The notes under the pieces were generated by a model. The model was not told the DNA's origin, ran no database searches, and saw only the letters and a list, made by a program, of their open reading frames with translations. Shown here piece after piece: positions 31,199 to 40,494 of a stretch of DNA of 64,000 nt. A program made the translations under genes and the position numbers. Source of the DNA: Candidatus Cyclobacteriaceae bacterium M3_2C_046 (GTDB lineage Bacteria; Bacteroidota; Bacteroidia; Cytophagales; Cyclobacteriaceae). The number at the start of each line of letters is the position of its first letter. The stretch's first letter is position 1. The stretch spans positions 22,749 to 86,748 of the forward strand of contig JBPRGG010000177.1 of assembly GCA_051418075.1 (NCBI GenBank). Reading direction: 5' to 3'.

Positions 31199-32803
31199 AT
31201 GGATTATTTATTGCTAGTAATTGCAGCCGCAGTAGTTTTTGTATTTATACTAATGGTGTCCTTATTTAAAAGGTACAAAAGGTGTCCCTCAGATAAAATC
31301 CTGGTGGTATATGGCAAAGTGGGAAAAAGTGAATTGGGAGATGGTCGATCTGCTAAATGTATACATGGAGGTGCGGCATTTGTCTGGCCGGTGATTCAGG
31401 ATTATGAATATCTGGAACTGACCCCTGCTTCTATAGAAGTAAATCTGACCAACGCCCTGAGTAAGCAAAATATCAGGGTGGATGTACCTTCAAGATTTAC
31501 TATTGGTATATCAACTGAGCCGGGTGTGATGAATAATGCAGCGGAAAGATTGCTGGGATTGTCACAGCAACAAATTCTGGATCTGGCCAAGGATATTATT
31601 TTTGGTCAATTGCGACTGGTGGTAGCTACCATGGATATTGAAGAGATCAACAGTAACCGGGATAAATTTTTAGCTAATGTAGCTTCTAATGTGGAAGCAG
31701 AATTAAAAAAGATTGGTTTAAAGCTGATCAATGTTAACGTTACTGATATTAAGGATGAGTCCGGATATATTGAAGCTCTGGGTAAAGAAGCTGCGGCCAA
31801 AGCCATCAATGATGCCCGTAAAAGTGTTGCAGAAAAAAACAGGGATGGTTCTATTGGAGAAGCTATGGCCACCAAAGATGAACGGGTACAAGTCTCGGCA
31901 GCTAATGCAGATGCCAAAATCGGAGAAGCAGAAGCAGCTCAGAAAGAAAGAATTCAAATGGCAGCAGCAGACTCCAAAGCCAGAATAGGGGAGGCAGATT
32001 CCAATGCCGATGCCAGGATTGGACAAGCAGAAGCAGAAAGACTGGAAAGGATCAAATTATCTGAGGCAAATGCCAAGGCCGTAGAAGGGGAAAATACAGC
32101 CAAGATTGAAATTGCCGATTCAGAATCAGAAAGAAGGACCAGGGAAGCTGAGGCACTGAGAAAAGCAGTTGCCGCTGAAAAGGTAAGCCAGGCCCGGGCT
32201 CTGGAAGAAGCTTATCTTTCAGAAAAAGGAGCTGAAATAGCCAGAGCAGAAAGAGATAAAGCCAGTCAGGAAGCGAACGTGGTGGTGCCTGCAGAAATTG
32301 AAAAAAGAAAGGTGGAGATTGCTGCAGAGGCTGAGGCAGAAAGAATCCGTCGCAATGCCAAAGGTGAGGCAGACGGCCTGTTATTCAAGAGGCAGGCAGA
32401 AGCACAGGGATTGCTGGAAATACTGACCAAACAGGCTGAAGGTTTGGAAAAGATAGTAAAATCAGCCGGAGGGGATGCTCGCAATGCAGTATTGCTGATG
32501 ATTGTAGATAAATTGCCGGAATTAATAAAAATGCAAACTGAGGCCATTAAAAATATTAAGATCGATAAGATCACTGTTTGGGATGGAAATCAAAATGGTG
32601 AGGGGAAATCATCCACCGCCAACTTTATTTCAGGCTTGTATAAATCAGTGCCTCCTTTACAGGAAATGTTCAATATGGCAGGTATGGATCTGCCAGAGTA
32701 TTTAAAGGGAAAAGAAAAAGATGAGGAACCTCTGATTGATCCTGATGTGGTGAAAGGTACTACAGATACCAGGGCCAATGATATTCAGAAAAATGAGCTG
32801 TGA
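31199..32803 (+). CDS. flotillin-family SPFH/band-7 protein (YqiK-like)
   Basis: N-terminal TM segment, SPFH domain, and a long Ala/Glu-rich coiled-coil repeat region (EAEA/IGEAE repeats) characteristic of bacterial flotillins. Confidence 0.85.
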   Translation: MDYLLLVIAAAVVFVFILMVSLFKRYKRCPSDKILVVYGKVGKSELGDGRSAKCIHGGAAFVWPVIQDYEYLELTPASIEVNLTNALSKQNIRVDVPSRFTIGISTEPGVMNNAAERLLGLSQQQILDLAKDIIFGQLRLVVATMDIEEINSNRDKFLANVASNVEAELKKIGLKLINVNVTDIKDESGYIEALGKEAAAKAINDARKSVAEKNRDGSIGEAMATKDERVQVSAANADAKIGEAEAAQKERIQMAAADSKARIGEADSNADARIGQAEAERLERIKLSEANAKAVEGENTAKIEIADSESERRTREAEALRKAVAAEKVSQARALEEAYLSEKGAEIARAERDKASQEANVVVPAEIEKRKVEIAAEAEAERIRRNAKGEADGLLFKRQAEAQGLLEILTKQAEGLEKIVKSAGGDARNAVLLMIVDKLPELIKMQTEAIKNIKIDKITVWDGNQNGEGKSSTANFISGLYKSVPPLQEMFNMAGMDLPEYLKGKEKDEEPLIDPDVVKGTTDTRANDIQKNEL

Positions 32804-32816
32804 CAGAATAATAAGT

Positions 32817-32916
32817 AAAAAGATCGGATAAGATGTTTGTTGGGGTATGGTAGTGATGAGGAGGATGGTGGCTGTCTGCCTCATTATTGACATGCTACCT
32901 TACCCGATCTTTTTTT
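32817..32916 (+). terminator. large terminator-like hairpin after the flotillin gene
   Basis: 16-nt arms aaaaagatcggataag (32817-32832) / cttacccgatcttttt (32899-32914) with 1 mismatch, enclosing a structured 66-nt loop, followed by a T-run. Confidence 0.55.
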
Positions 32917-33107
32917 CTGCCGTACAGGCCTTATTTTTTGACTTGTTAAAATAGTATGCTGAAAGATGACCAAATTAAAATTATACCTGATCAGTCATTA
33001 CCAGCATCCAGTTAGCCAACCAACTGATAATATGCGAAATTAACTTTCTTGTTTTACAGATGGATTATCCCTGTGAATATAACTACTGCCTGACTGAAGA
33101 AGCTGGA

Positions 33108-33476
33108 TCAATTTTTAAATTCAGAATAAACAGTTTCCCCATTTATTTCAATTTTTGATATGTGTCTGACAGAATTGCCGGGATCCAATGGGGTCCAGTA
33201 ATTAGGAAATTTAAGAGTTACCTTTTGGTTGATCAGGGTTTCCCGTAGTTTATTGAGCTGCAGTCCTCTTTCTAATCCACGATTCACGTAGAACAGCTCA
33301 TCACGTTCATTCAAACGGATAAAAATGTCTTTTTCACCACCTTCCCGAATTACAAATACAGTTCCGGTGGCAGCCAGACATTCTTCCTCAGATGGAATGG
33401 GTACCGGCTTCAATACAAAAAATGCCATACTCAATATCAAAGCGAAAAATATCAGGAAGCGTAACTTTTTGATCAT
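33108..33476 (-). CDS. hypothetical secreted protein (122 aa)
   Basis: N-terminal signal peptide (MIKKLRFLIFFALILSMAFFVL); no motif recognised. Confidence 0.45.
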   Translation of the reverse strand: MIKKLRFLIFFALILSMAFFVLKPVPIPSEEECLAATGTVFVIREGGEKDIFIRLNERDELFYVNRGLERGLQLNKLRETLINQKVTLKFPNYWTPLDPGNSVRHISKIEINGETVYSEFKN

Positions 33477-33700
33477 AACTGTAGTTGTTTTCTTCTAAAA
33501 TAAATATATTTTGAAAGAAATAAAACAGGTCTCTTCAACAAGGGCATATCAATTCAGGTAGGGTTTATCTTTGTTTGGCAAACCTTTTGATAAAAAAATT
33601 TATTTTTTTATGATTTTTTATACCTGAAGATTTGTTGGATGTGATTGAATGTCAGATAATTCAAGTAGCATATTTGATATTTGATTTTGACATTTAATTG

Positions 33701-33913
33701 CTATTTCTTCAATTCGCTTTCTGATTTCAAAGCGGATCCGCCATCTTCCTGGATGATATAATAAGCCGGATTTTCCCTGGATCCATTGCGGGTGATTTCA
33801 TTTCCTTTGATCTTGCGGGTAACTTTTTTTTCAAATACACTTTTTACTTGTCCTGATGCAGTTCCATTGCCCCAATTCCATTTCACATGCTCACCTTGTT
33901 TGAATTTTGCCAT
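33701..33913 (-). CDS. DUF2945 (Tudor-like small protein) family
   Basis: MAKFKQGEHVKWNWGNGTASGQVKSVFEKK...YIIQEDGG resembles DUF2945. The tracked ORF extends to 34018, but the internal ATG at 33913 matches the family length (about 70 aa). Confidence 0.5.
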   Translation of the reverse strand: MAKFKQGEHVKWNWGNGTASGQVKSVFEKKVTRKIKGNEITRNGSRENPAYYIIQEDGGSALKSESELKK

Positions 33914-34030
33914 AACAGATTTATTAATACAGGTCACGAATCGTTTTATATAAATAAAACTTTTACAGGTGTTTTGTTTTCCCACCAGTTTAACCTGCCA
34001 TCTCCTGGCTTTTGGCACACATGTAAGCTA

Positions 34031-35053
34031 TCAGTTTAATTCAGGTTTCCTGGATATCATTTCGTTCAGATAATTTGAAAAAGTCTGATCTATTCCTTCT
34101 TTTTGCCGGATAAATTGTTGATTGGTTTGATTGGGTTGGGAATTCCAGCGGCATCCTTTTTCAGGGTCAAATTCCAGGTATCCCGGTCCTAAATTGGTCA
34201 GGAAATCGCCTAAACCTTCTACGGCATAATAAACGGTGACCAGGTCCCAGCTAGGACGTTGATCAGATAGTGTTTTTTGTTGTGCCTGCCACAACCAATC
34301 CCGGTAAGCAGTTCTGACTATATTACCGGGAGGGGAGCTTTTTAAAGACTTGCCGGTCATGACTTGATGGCCGCCATCCACAAATACAGTAGGTGCGGGA
34401 AAGTGTTTCACCAGGTAATCAGTATATGGAGCAGTATTATTGAAAAAGAAGTTCCAATCCCGGGTATAATTATTTTCCGGGTTGCTGGCCCGTAAAGCGC
34501 CCAGGGCAATCCATCTTTTGATCTTTTGAACGATTAACTCCTGACCGGATAGGGGAGAGATATCGTCTGGTGGGGAAACCAGCAAATCATACAGTCCTTT
34601 GGTGTGTCCCACAGTGATATAAGTGACTGATTGATCCGGTTGATCATTGAGTATTTTTCTGGTAAGCCTGCTTTGTTCAGGAGCATCCAGGTTATGAATT
34701 ATGGCATTCCCATAAGCTGAAGTATCCTTGGCCAGCTTTTCAGCGGTCATCTTATCGACCGGATCTCCTACTTCATCATGATGGTTTGCTCCTATTGGAA
34801 TATTCAGTCGACCATAATAAATATTTATAGCTTCAATAACGCCGGCTCCATAAGGCACCTTACCTGAGCTGTAAATGCAACCCAGGATTTTAGCCTTACC
34901 CTGATCGGCATATTGATGTAAAAGGGCTAACGCTCCCACATCATCACAATCAGATCCCATATCTGTATCAAAAATGATGGGGACCGGTTTGTCAGGTTGG
35001 GCCGTTACTTTTATGATAGTAGTAATAAAGATCAGCAGGAGGAACAATCTCAT
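34031..35053 (-). CDS. secreted inosine-uridine-preferring nucleoside hydrolase-like protein
   Basis: Signal peptide, then IIFDTDMGSDCDDVGALALL matching the IUNH N-terminal Asp cluster (DxDxxxDD). Confidence 0.55.
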   Translation of the reverse strand: MRLFLLLIFITTIIKVTAQPDKPVPIIFDTDMGSDCDDVGALALLHQYADQGKAKILGCIYSSGKVPYGAGVIEAINIYYGRLNIPIGANHHDEVGDPVDKMTAEKLAKDTSAYGNAIIHNLDAPEQSRLTRKILNDQPDQSVTYITVGHTKGLYDLLVSPPDDISPLSGQELIVQKIKRWIALGALRASNPENNYTRDWNFFFNNTAPYTDYLVKHFPAPTVFVDGGHQVMTGKSLKSSPPGNIVRTAYRDWLWQAQQKTLSDQRPSWDLVTVYYAVEGLGDFLTNLGPGYLEFDPEKGCRWNSQPNQTNQQFIRQKEGIDQTFSNYLNEMISRKPELN

Positions 35054-35248
35054 TGCCTGTTTTTATTTTAGTTTATAATTCTTGGTTTTTCAGCAATTAA
35101 AGATAAATTTAAGGAAAAATTAAAATGCGCCTTTATAATTTGTAATAATATATTTAAGCTGATTATTAAAACCAATTACCTGTAAGTATATTTACAGGAA
35201 TGCCAGATAGGTTGAAAGAAAAAGAAAAAGAGTTGAATTACTAATCAT

Positions 35249-36562
35249 ATGAAATATTTCATACTTCTATTTGCTGTTGTATGCACAGGTATGGCCTGTT
35301 TCAGTTGCAAAAGTCCTCAACCGGAACCACCTCCTAACATCATTTTAATTATGGCCGATGATTTGGGCTATGGAGGCATCGGGTGTTTTGGTAACCAGCA
35401 AGTGCAGACTCCGCACCTGGATAAATTGGCTGTTGAGGGCATTAAGTTTACCGATTTTCATGCAAATGGTCCTGTTTGTACTCCTACCAGGGCAGCTTTA
35501 ATCACGGGTCGGTATCAACAACGGGCTGGTTTGGAAGGTGTAATATATGTAAGGGGAGATACACGTGAGACAGGTTTGGATACCACACATCTTAGTATAG
35601 CTGAAGTGATGAAGAAGCATGGTTATACCACCGGCATGATGGGTAAGTGGCACCTGGGATATGATCAGGAATATAACCCGGTGTATCATGGTTTTGATCA
35701 GTTCTATGGCTATCGCAGTGGCAATGTAGATTACCATTCCCATTATGACAATGCAGGAATCTATGACTGGTTTCACCAGACGGATACATTGGTAGAACAA
35801 GGATATGTGACAGACCTGATCACACAACATTCAGTGGATTTTATTAACCAAAACCGGGAGCAGCCATTTTTTCTGCTGGTGAATCATGAGGCTCCACATG
35901 TTCCTTTCCAGGGAAGAAATGATCCGGCTTATCGTTTTCCCGACCAGGAATTCTCCTATCATGGACCGGTAGAAGATCAGCATCGGGCTTATAAGGAAAT
36001 GATCGAAGTGATGGATGAAGGAATAGGGGAAATTGTGCAAGCTGTTAAACAAAATGGATTGGCTGAGCGTACCCTGGTCATCTTCCTGTCTGATAATGGT
36101 GGCTTGAATGGATATGGAGACAATGGCCCTTTGAATGGTGCCAAGGGCAACCTTTATGAAGGAGGACACCGGGTGCCAGCTATAGCCTGGTGGCCAGATA
36201 AAATTCAGCCAGGTGTTTCAGATCAGCTTTTAATGAGTTTTGACCTGTTTCCAACAGTTTTGTCGGTTTGTGCCATTGATCCTGCTCAGTATGAGTTGGA
36301 TGGGGTGGATTTTTCATCGGTTTTATTTGACCAGGCGGACCTGCCTGAGCGTGATCTTTTCTGGCGCTACCGTGATCAGAAGGCGGTAAGGTCTGACTCA
36401 ATTAAATTGTTGATTACAAAGCAGGATACTTTATTGTTTAATCTTTACCGTGATCTGGCCGAACAAAATTCTATTAAAAATAAGTCTGTCAAAGATCGAA
36501 TGTTACAAAAACTGGAACAATGGGAAAATGAAATGGCACAGTATAGAAAGAAAACCAGCTAA
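35249..36562 (+). CDS. sulfatase (arylsulfatase family, formylglycine-dependent), exported
   Basis: Signal peptide; formylglycine motif CTPTRAALITGRY; ADDLGYGG and GKWHLG signatures. Confidence 0.85.
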   Translation: MKYFILLFAVVCTGMACFSCKSPQPEPPPNIILIMADDLGYGGIGCFGNQQVQTPHLDKLAVEGIKFTDFHANGPVCTPTRAALITGRYQQRAGLEGVIYVRGDTRETGLDTTHLSIAEVMKKHGYTTGMMGKWHLGYDQEYNPVYHGFDQFYGYRSGNVDYHSHYDNAGIYDWFHQTDTLVEQGYVTDLITQHSVDFINQNREQPFFLLVNHEAPHVPFQGRNDPAYRFPDQEFSYHGPVEDQHRAYKEMIEVMDEGIGEIVQAVKQNGLAERTLVIFLSDNGGLNGYGDNGPLNGAKGNLYEGGHRVPAIAWWPDKIQPGVSDQLLMSFDLFPTVLSVCAIDPAQYELDGVDFSSVLFDQADLPERDLFWRYRDQKAVRSDSIKLLITKQDTLLFNLYRDLAEQNSIKNKSVKDRMLQKLEQWENEMAQYRKKTS

Positions 36563-36646
36563 AAAGCTTAAATAATTAAATTCCGGCAAAACATTTAATT
36601 AAAATTTATCATTAAAGACTAAGACGAATAAATAAAATCTGATATT

Positions 36647-37081
36647 ATGAAAACTGCTGAAATACATTTGAAAAAAGGCGGTGTCCTGAAAGTGCAATTT
36701 TTTGACAAGGATGCTCCCAAAACAGTAGAAAACTTCATTGATCTGGCTGAAAAGGGGTTTTACGACGGATTGACATTTCATCGGGTCATTCCCGGGTTTG
36801 TGATTCAGGGGGGCTGTCCGGAAGGAACAGGGGCTGGTGGACCTGGATACCATATAGATTGTGAGTTGGAGGGAGATAATCAATATCATGACCGTGGGGT
36901 GTTGTCCATGGCTCATGCCGGCAGAAATACGGGTGGCTCCCAATTTTTTATTTGTCATAACCGTGAGAGTACGGCGCATTTGGATCGTAATCATACAGTT
37001 TTTGGCAAAGTAGTGGCAGGTTTAGACTTGATTGATACGATTAAGCAGGGGGATGTGATGGAGAAGGTGGTGGTTAAATAA
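36647..37081 (+). CDS. peptidyl-prolyl cis-trans isomerase, cyclophilin type
   Basis: [13 protein letters not shown] and GGSQFFI cyclophilin signatures; 144 aa. Confidence 0.9.
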   Translation: MKTAEIHLKKGGVLKVQFFDKDAPKTVENFIDLAEKGFYDGLTFHRVIPGFVIQGGCPEGTGAGGPGYHIDCELEGDNQYHDRGVLSMAHAGRNTGGSQFFICHNRESTAHLDRNHTVFGKVVAGLDLIDTIKQGDVMEKVVVK

Positions 37082-37602
37082 TAAGCTTTTTCTGAGTTCT
37101 GAACATGGATTATTAACAGTTGTTTGCGGTCACAGAATTTGAGACCTTTCCGGCTCTGGCCGTAGGTTTGCTGTCTGTACCTTTATAGGCATTTTTTTGT
37201 CTCAATTATGCCAATTGATGTTTTTCATAATTTCTAATTCCTTGATAAATTCTTCTCTCTTCATTTTATGAAATTCTGATTTAGATTGATAAGTCAAATG
37301 AATCATAACTTCCTTTTTATTGCTGCTCCTTATCAGTCCGTCAATAGCTTCTTCGTTACTGAATCATATAGAAGGGTCGTACATATTTATTACTGCAAAA
37401 GGATGTTCTAATGATAAAAGCATCCTCCGAAATAACCATCATAAGCCAACGTTTTTCAAACTTCAACTGAAAGGTATTCTACCTTACACGATCTTTTGTT
37501 CTCGTTGAACTGTAGACGCTTCTTTGGTTGAAAGTCAAATAGTATTTTATTATCTATTTATTTTTTTATACCAATACCATTAGCTATTTTTTTATTGAGC
37601 CA

Positions 37603-38214
37603 TCAGGGCTTCAACATTTGATACCGAACCTTTCTTATACCAGCCCGAGTACTCCAGGCCGAGATCCCGAATGGTTTGGCTAAAGCAATATCGTTTCGTA
37701 CTGATAACTCATGGTTTCCTTTCTTAAAACCAATGATCTGGACCTGATCCAGCCACACTTTGATGGAATCATGGACCACCCGGATACGAACATCATACCA
37801 TTGGTTATCTTCAAATCTGATATATTGGGTTAATTCGTTTTCAGAAGCATCAAGGCCATCAATACTGCTGATACCTACCAGTGCGCCACCCCATCCTCCC
37901 AAAATCAGGCTGCAAAATCCTTCCTGCACCGGAAAAGTGACCCCACAAAAAAAATCGTTTCCTAACAGGCGTTGGGCCTGCAGGTAAACTTCATAATTAT
38001 TTTGTGGAAATGTATCTTGCCAGGTCACGCCGGTTAGTCCATCGCCAATATGAAGCACCATCATGCTGTCCAATACTTCCACCGGGCCCTGAGGACCAAA
38101 ATTGGTGATTTTCCATCCTTTAAGAGAGTGGCCATCAAACATTTCAACGACCTTCTGAGCCTGAAGGGTCGAGATGAAAAATCCAAGGAATCCGATCAAC
38201 AGCCACTGTCTCAT
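37603..38214 (-). CDS. DUF1080 (3-keto-disaccharide hydrolase-like) secreted protein, second copy
   Basis: Signal peptide; HSLKGWKITNFGPQG...WYDVRIRVVHDSIKVWLDQ consistent with DUF1080. Confidence 0.55.
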   Translation of the reverse strand: MRQWLLIGFLGFFISTLQAQKVVEMFDGHSLKGWKITNFGPQGPVEVLDSMMVLHIGDGLTGVTWQDTFPQNNYEVYLQAQRLLGNDFFCGVTFPVQEGFCSLILGGWGGALVGISSIDGLDASENELTQYIRFEDNQWYDVRIRVVHDSIKVWLDQVQIIGFKKGNHELSVRNDIALAKPFGISAWSTRAGIRKVRYQMLKP

Positions 38215-38858
38215 TGGGTGCGGTTAAACCAGCTTAAAATTTCTTCATAATCCCGGAACAATTCAATCTGATGAATGCCATTGAGCAGACCCGAAGTATT
38301 CAGCCCAATTACCCGGGCATTTGCGGCTTTGCCTGCATTTACCCCAGCCGGGGAATCCTCAATGACCAAAACATTTTGTGGTTTTATTTTAAGTTGGTTA
38401 ATGGCTTTAAGATAAGGTTCCGGATATGGCTTATGCAGTTCGCTGTCTTCATATCCCAGGTAAAAATCAAAATATCCGGCTATATTTGAGGCATTAAGGA
38501 TAGAATGAATTTCAGAACGGCTGGAGGATGATACTACGGCCAGTTTGTATCTTTCTTTACAATAATTTAAGAATTGGGACCTGCCTTTAACTTCCGGAAT
38601 TCCGTCGTTCAAAAGATTTAGAAAAGCAGTAATTTTCTTTTTGATCAATGCTGATGGATCTTGGCTGATTTGTGCGCGGTCGATCAGGTTAAAGCTTATT
38701 TTGGAATCTGTATGCCCAATAATATCTTCTTCAGATAAAATATCTTCTGGTAAACCAATGGATTTTACTACATTCTTCCAGGCCTGGTAATGAACCGGCT
38801 CACTTAGAACCAGAACCCCATCCATATCAAATAAAATGGCATCAATCTTTTTTATCAT
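38211..38858 (-). CDS. HAD-superfamily hydrolase (beta-phosphoglucomutase-like subfamily IA)
   Basis: Motif I AILFDMDGVLV; motif III/IV KxxxxxxxxxxxxxDS-like (VLVIEDSPAG). Overlaps the upstream DUF1080 gene by 4 nt. Confidence 0.8.
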   Translation of the reverse strand: MIKKIDAILFDMDGVLVLSEPVHYQAWKNVVKSIGLPEDILSEEDIIGHTDSKISFNLIDRAQISQDPSALIKKKITAFLNLLNDGIPEVKGRSQFLNYCKERYKLAVVSSSSRSEIHSILNASNIAGYFDFYLGYEDSELHKPYPEPYLKAINQLKIKPQNVLVIEDSPAGVNAGKAANARVIGLNTSGLLNGIHQIELFRDYEEILSWFNRTQ

Positions 38859-39285
38859 GCTAATAGTAGTTTTTCTCTTAATTTCAAATTTAAAGAATTA
38901 TCCTGAGCCGGTAAGCAAAATACATAGCGGTTAATCAATGCCATGGGGCCATCAGGTATTTTTTTCTTGTTTTTATTTATCCTGTAATGGATTTAATGCA
39001 AAATATAGTTTTTATTGGCAAAATTCAAAATACTTAGGACAAAAGTGGTAATGCTATCTAATATTCATCGTCTCCTGTATTATAGAAGTTATCTGTCAGA
39101 GCTTAGGTAGTTATTTCCCAAAAGCATCTATATCTTTACAATTAATAGGAAATTTTTTCTCCAAAAAGTTGTACTATGTCAATTATCAAATTCTTTATTT
39201 TCAAACCTATTTACGGTAAAATATTGTCAAAATGGAAAATAAATACTTAAATTGGCAGGGATCGAAATAATGTTTAGGAATATTT

Positions 39286-40491
39286 ATGAACATGAATTTC
39301 ATTAGAACCTGGAGATGGTTTGGTCCGGAAGACCCGGTTCAACTTAAGGATCTGGCCCAACTGCAAATTGATGGGGTGGTGACATCCCTGCTTCAATTTC
39401 CGGTAGGGGAGACTTGGCCTATGGCGGCTATTGCTGAACGAAAAAGTCTATTAAGCCAATATGGACTAAACTGGCTGGTGGTAGAAAGCTTGAACGTACA
39501 TCCCAGTATTAAATTCAATGAACCTGACAGAGCGGATTATATTCAAAAATATCAACAAACTATCCGACATTTAGCCTGGGCTGGTGTCAGGATCATCTGT
39601 TACAATTTTATGCCGGTTCTTGACTGGGTTCGAACCCATTACTTTTTTGAATTGCCGGATGGCAGGCAAACAATTCGTTTTGATATACCTTCCCTGGCTG
39701 CATTTGATTTATTTGCCCTGAAAAGAAATGCGGCTGCAGATGATTATTCCGATCAAATAAAGCTGGAAGCCGAAAACATATGGCAGAATCTTGAGGAAGA
39801 TCAAAAAGATACATTGAAACAAACCATCATGGGTAAGCTCCCCGGTACAGATCAGGTATTTAAACTAGCTGAATTTGACCAGGCCCTGCAAAAATATCAA
39901 CAGGTAGGACCGGATCAATTAAGAGAAAATCTTTATTATTTTCTTCAACAGGTAATACCTGTAGCTGAGGCAGAAGGAGTGCATTTAGCTATTCATCCGG
40001 ATGATCCGCCATTTCCGGTTTTAGGTTTGCCCCGGATAGTAAGCACCCATCAGGACCTGGTTGAGATAAAAAACATGATGGATTCACCAGCCAATGGGTT
40101 TACATTCTGCAGTGGATCGCTGGGAGCTCGATACGATAATGATCTGGCTCAAATCATCAGGGATACGGCTGAACGAATTCACTTTTTGCACCTGAGAAAT
40201 GTGCACAGACTTTCCCAGGGAAGTTTTACAGAAGCAGATCATCTGAAAGGAGATATAGATATGACCCAAATCATCAAATTACTGGTTCAGGAACAGGAAA
40301 AAAGAAAGATTTTAGGCCGGATAGATGTGAACATTCCAATGCGCCCGGATCATGGTTTCCGGATGCTGGATGATTTTCAAAGAAATACCTATCCTGGCTA
40401 CTCCCTGATTGGCCGTTTAAAAGCTTTGGCTCAGCTGGAAGGTTTGGAGAAAGGTATCAGAAATAGTATCAATTATAAACCTTTGGTATAA
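39286..40491 (+). CDS. uxuA: mannonate dehydratase
   Basis: N-terminal TWRWFGPEDPV characteristic of UxuA; about 400 aa. Confidence 0.85.
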   Translation: MNMNFIRTWRWFGPEDPVQLKDLAQLQIDGVVTSLLQFPVGETWPMAAIAERKSLLSQYGLNWLVVESLNVHPSIKFNEPDRADYIQKYQQTIRHLAWAGVRIICYNFMPVLDWVRTHYFFELPDGRQTIRFDIPSLAAFDLFALKRNAAADDYSDQIKLEAENIWQNLEEDQKDTLKQTIMGKLPGTDQVFKLAEFDQALQKYQQVGPDQLRENLYYFLQQVIPVAEAEGVHLAIHPDDPPFPVLGLPRIVSTHQDLVEIKNMMDSPANGFTFCSGSLGARYDNDLAQIIRDTAERIHFLHLRNVHRLSQGSFTEADHLKGDIDMTQIIKLLVQEQEKRKILGRIDVNIPMRPDHGFRMLDDFQRNTYPGYSLIGRLKALAQLEGLEKGIRNSINYKPLV

Positions 40492-40494
40492 GAG

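Noticed and set aside
36599-36994. 131-aa minus-strand ORF overlapping the cyclophilin gene
   Set aside because: It overlaps a very confidently assigned cyclophilin CDS on the opposite strand and has no motif or independent support.
37320-37508. 62-aa plus-strand ORF in the cyclophilin-DUF1080 gap
   Set aside because: Low-complexity Leu/Ser-rich N-terminus, no RBS or promoter context, and it overlaps the region whose minus strand looks more coding-like. Treated as spurious.
39625-39645. tRNA T-arm-like motif tgggttcgaaccca
   Set aside because: It lies inside the uxuA coding sequence (VLDWVRTHYFF) with no acceptor or anticodon stem context, so it is a coincidental match. No tRNA genes are supported in the window.
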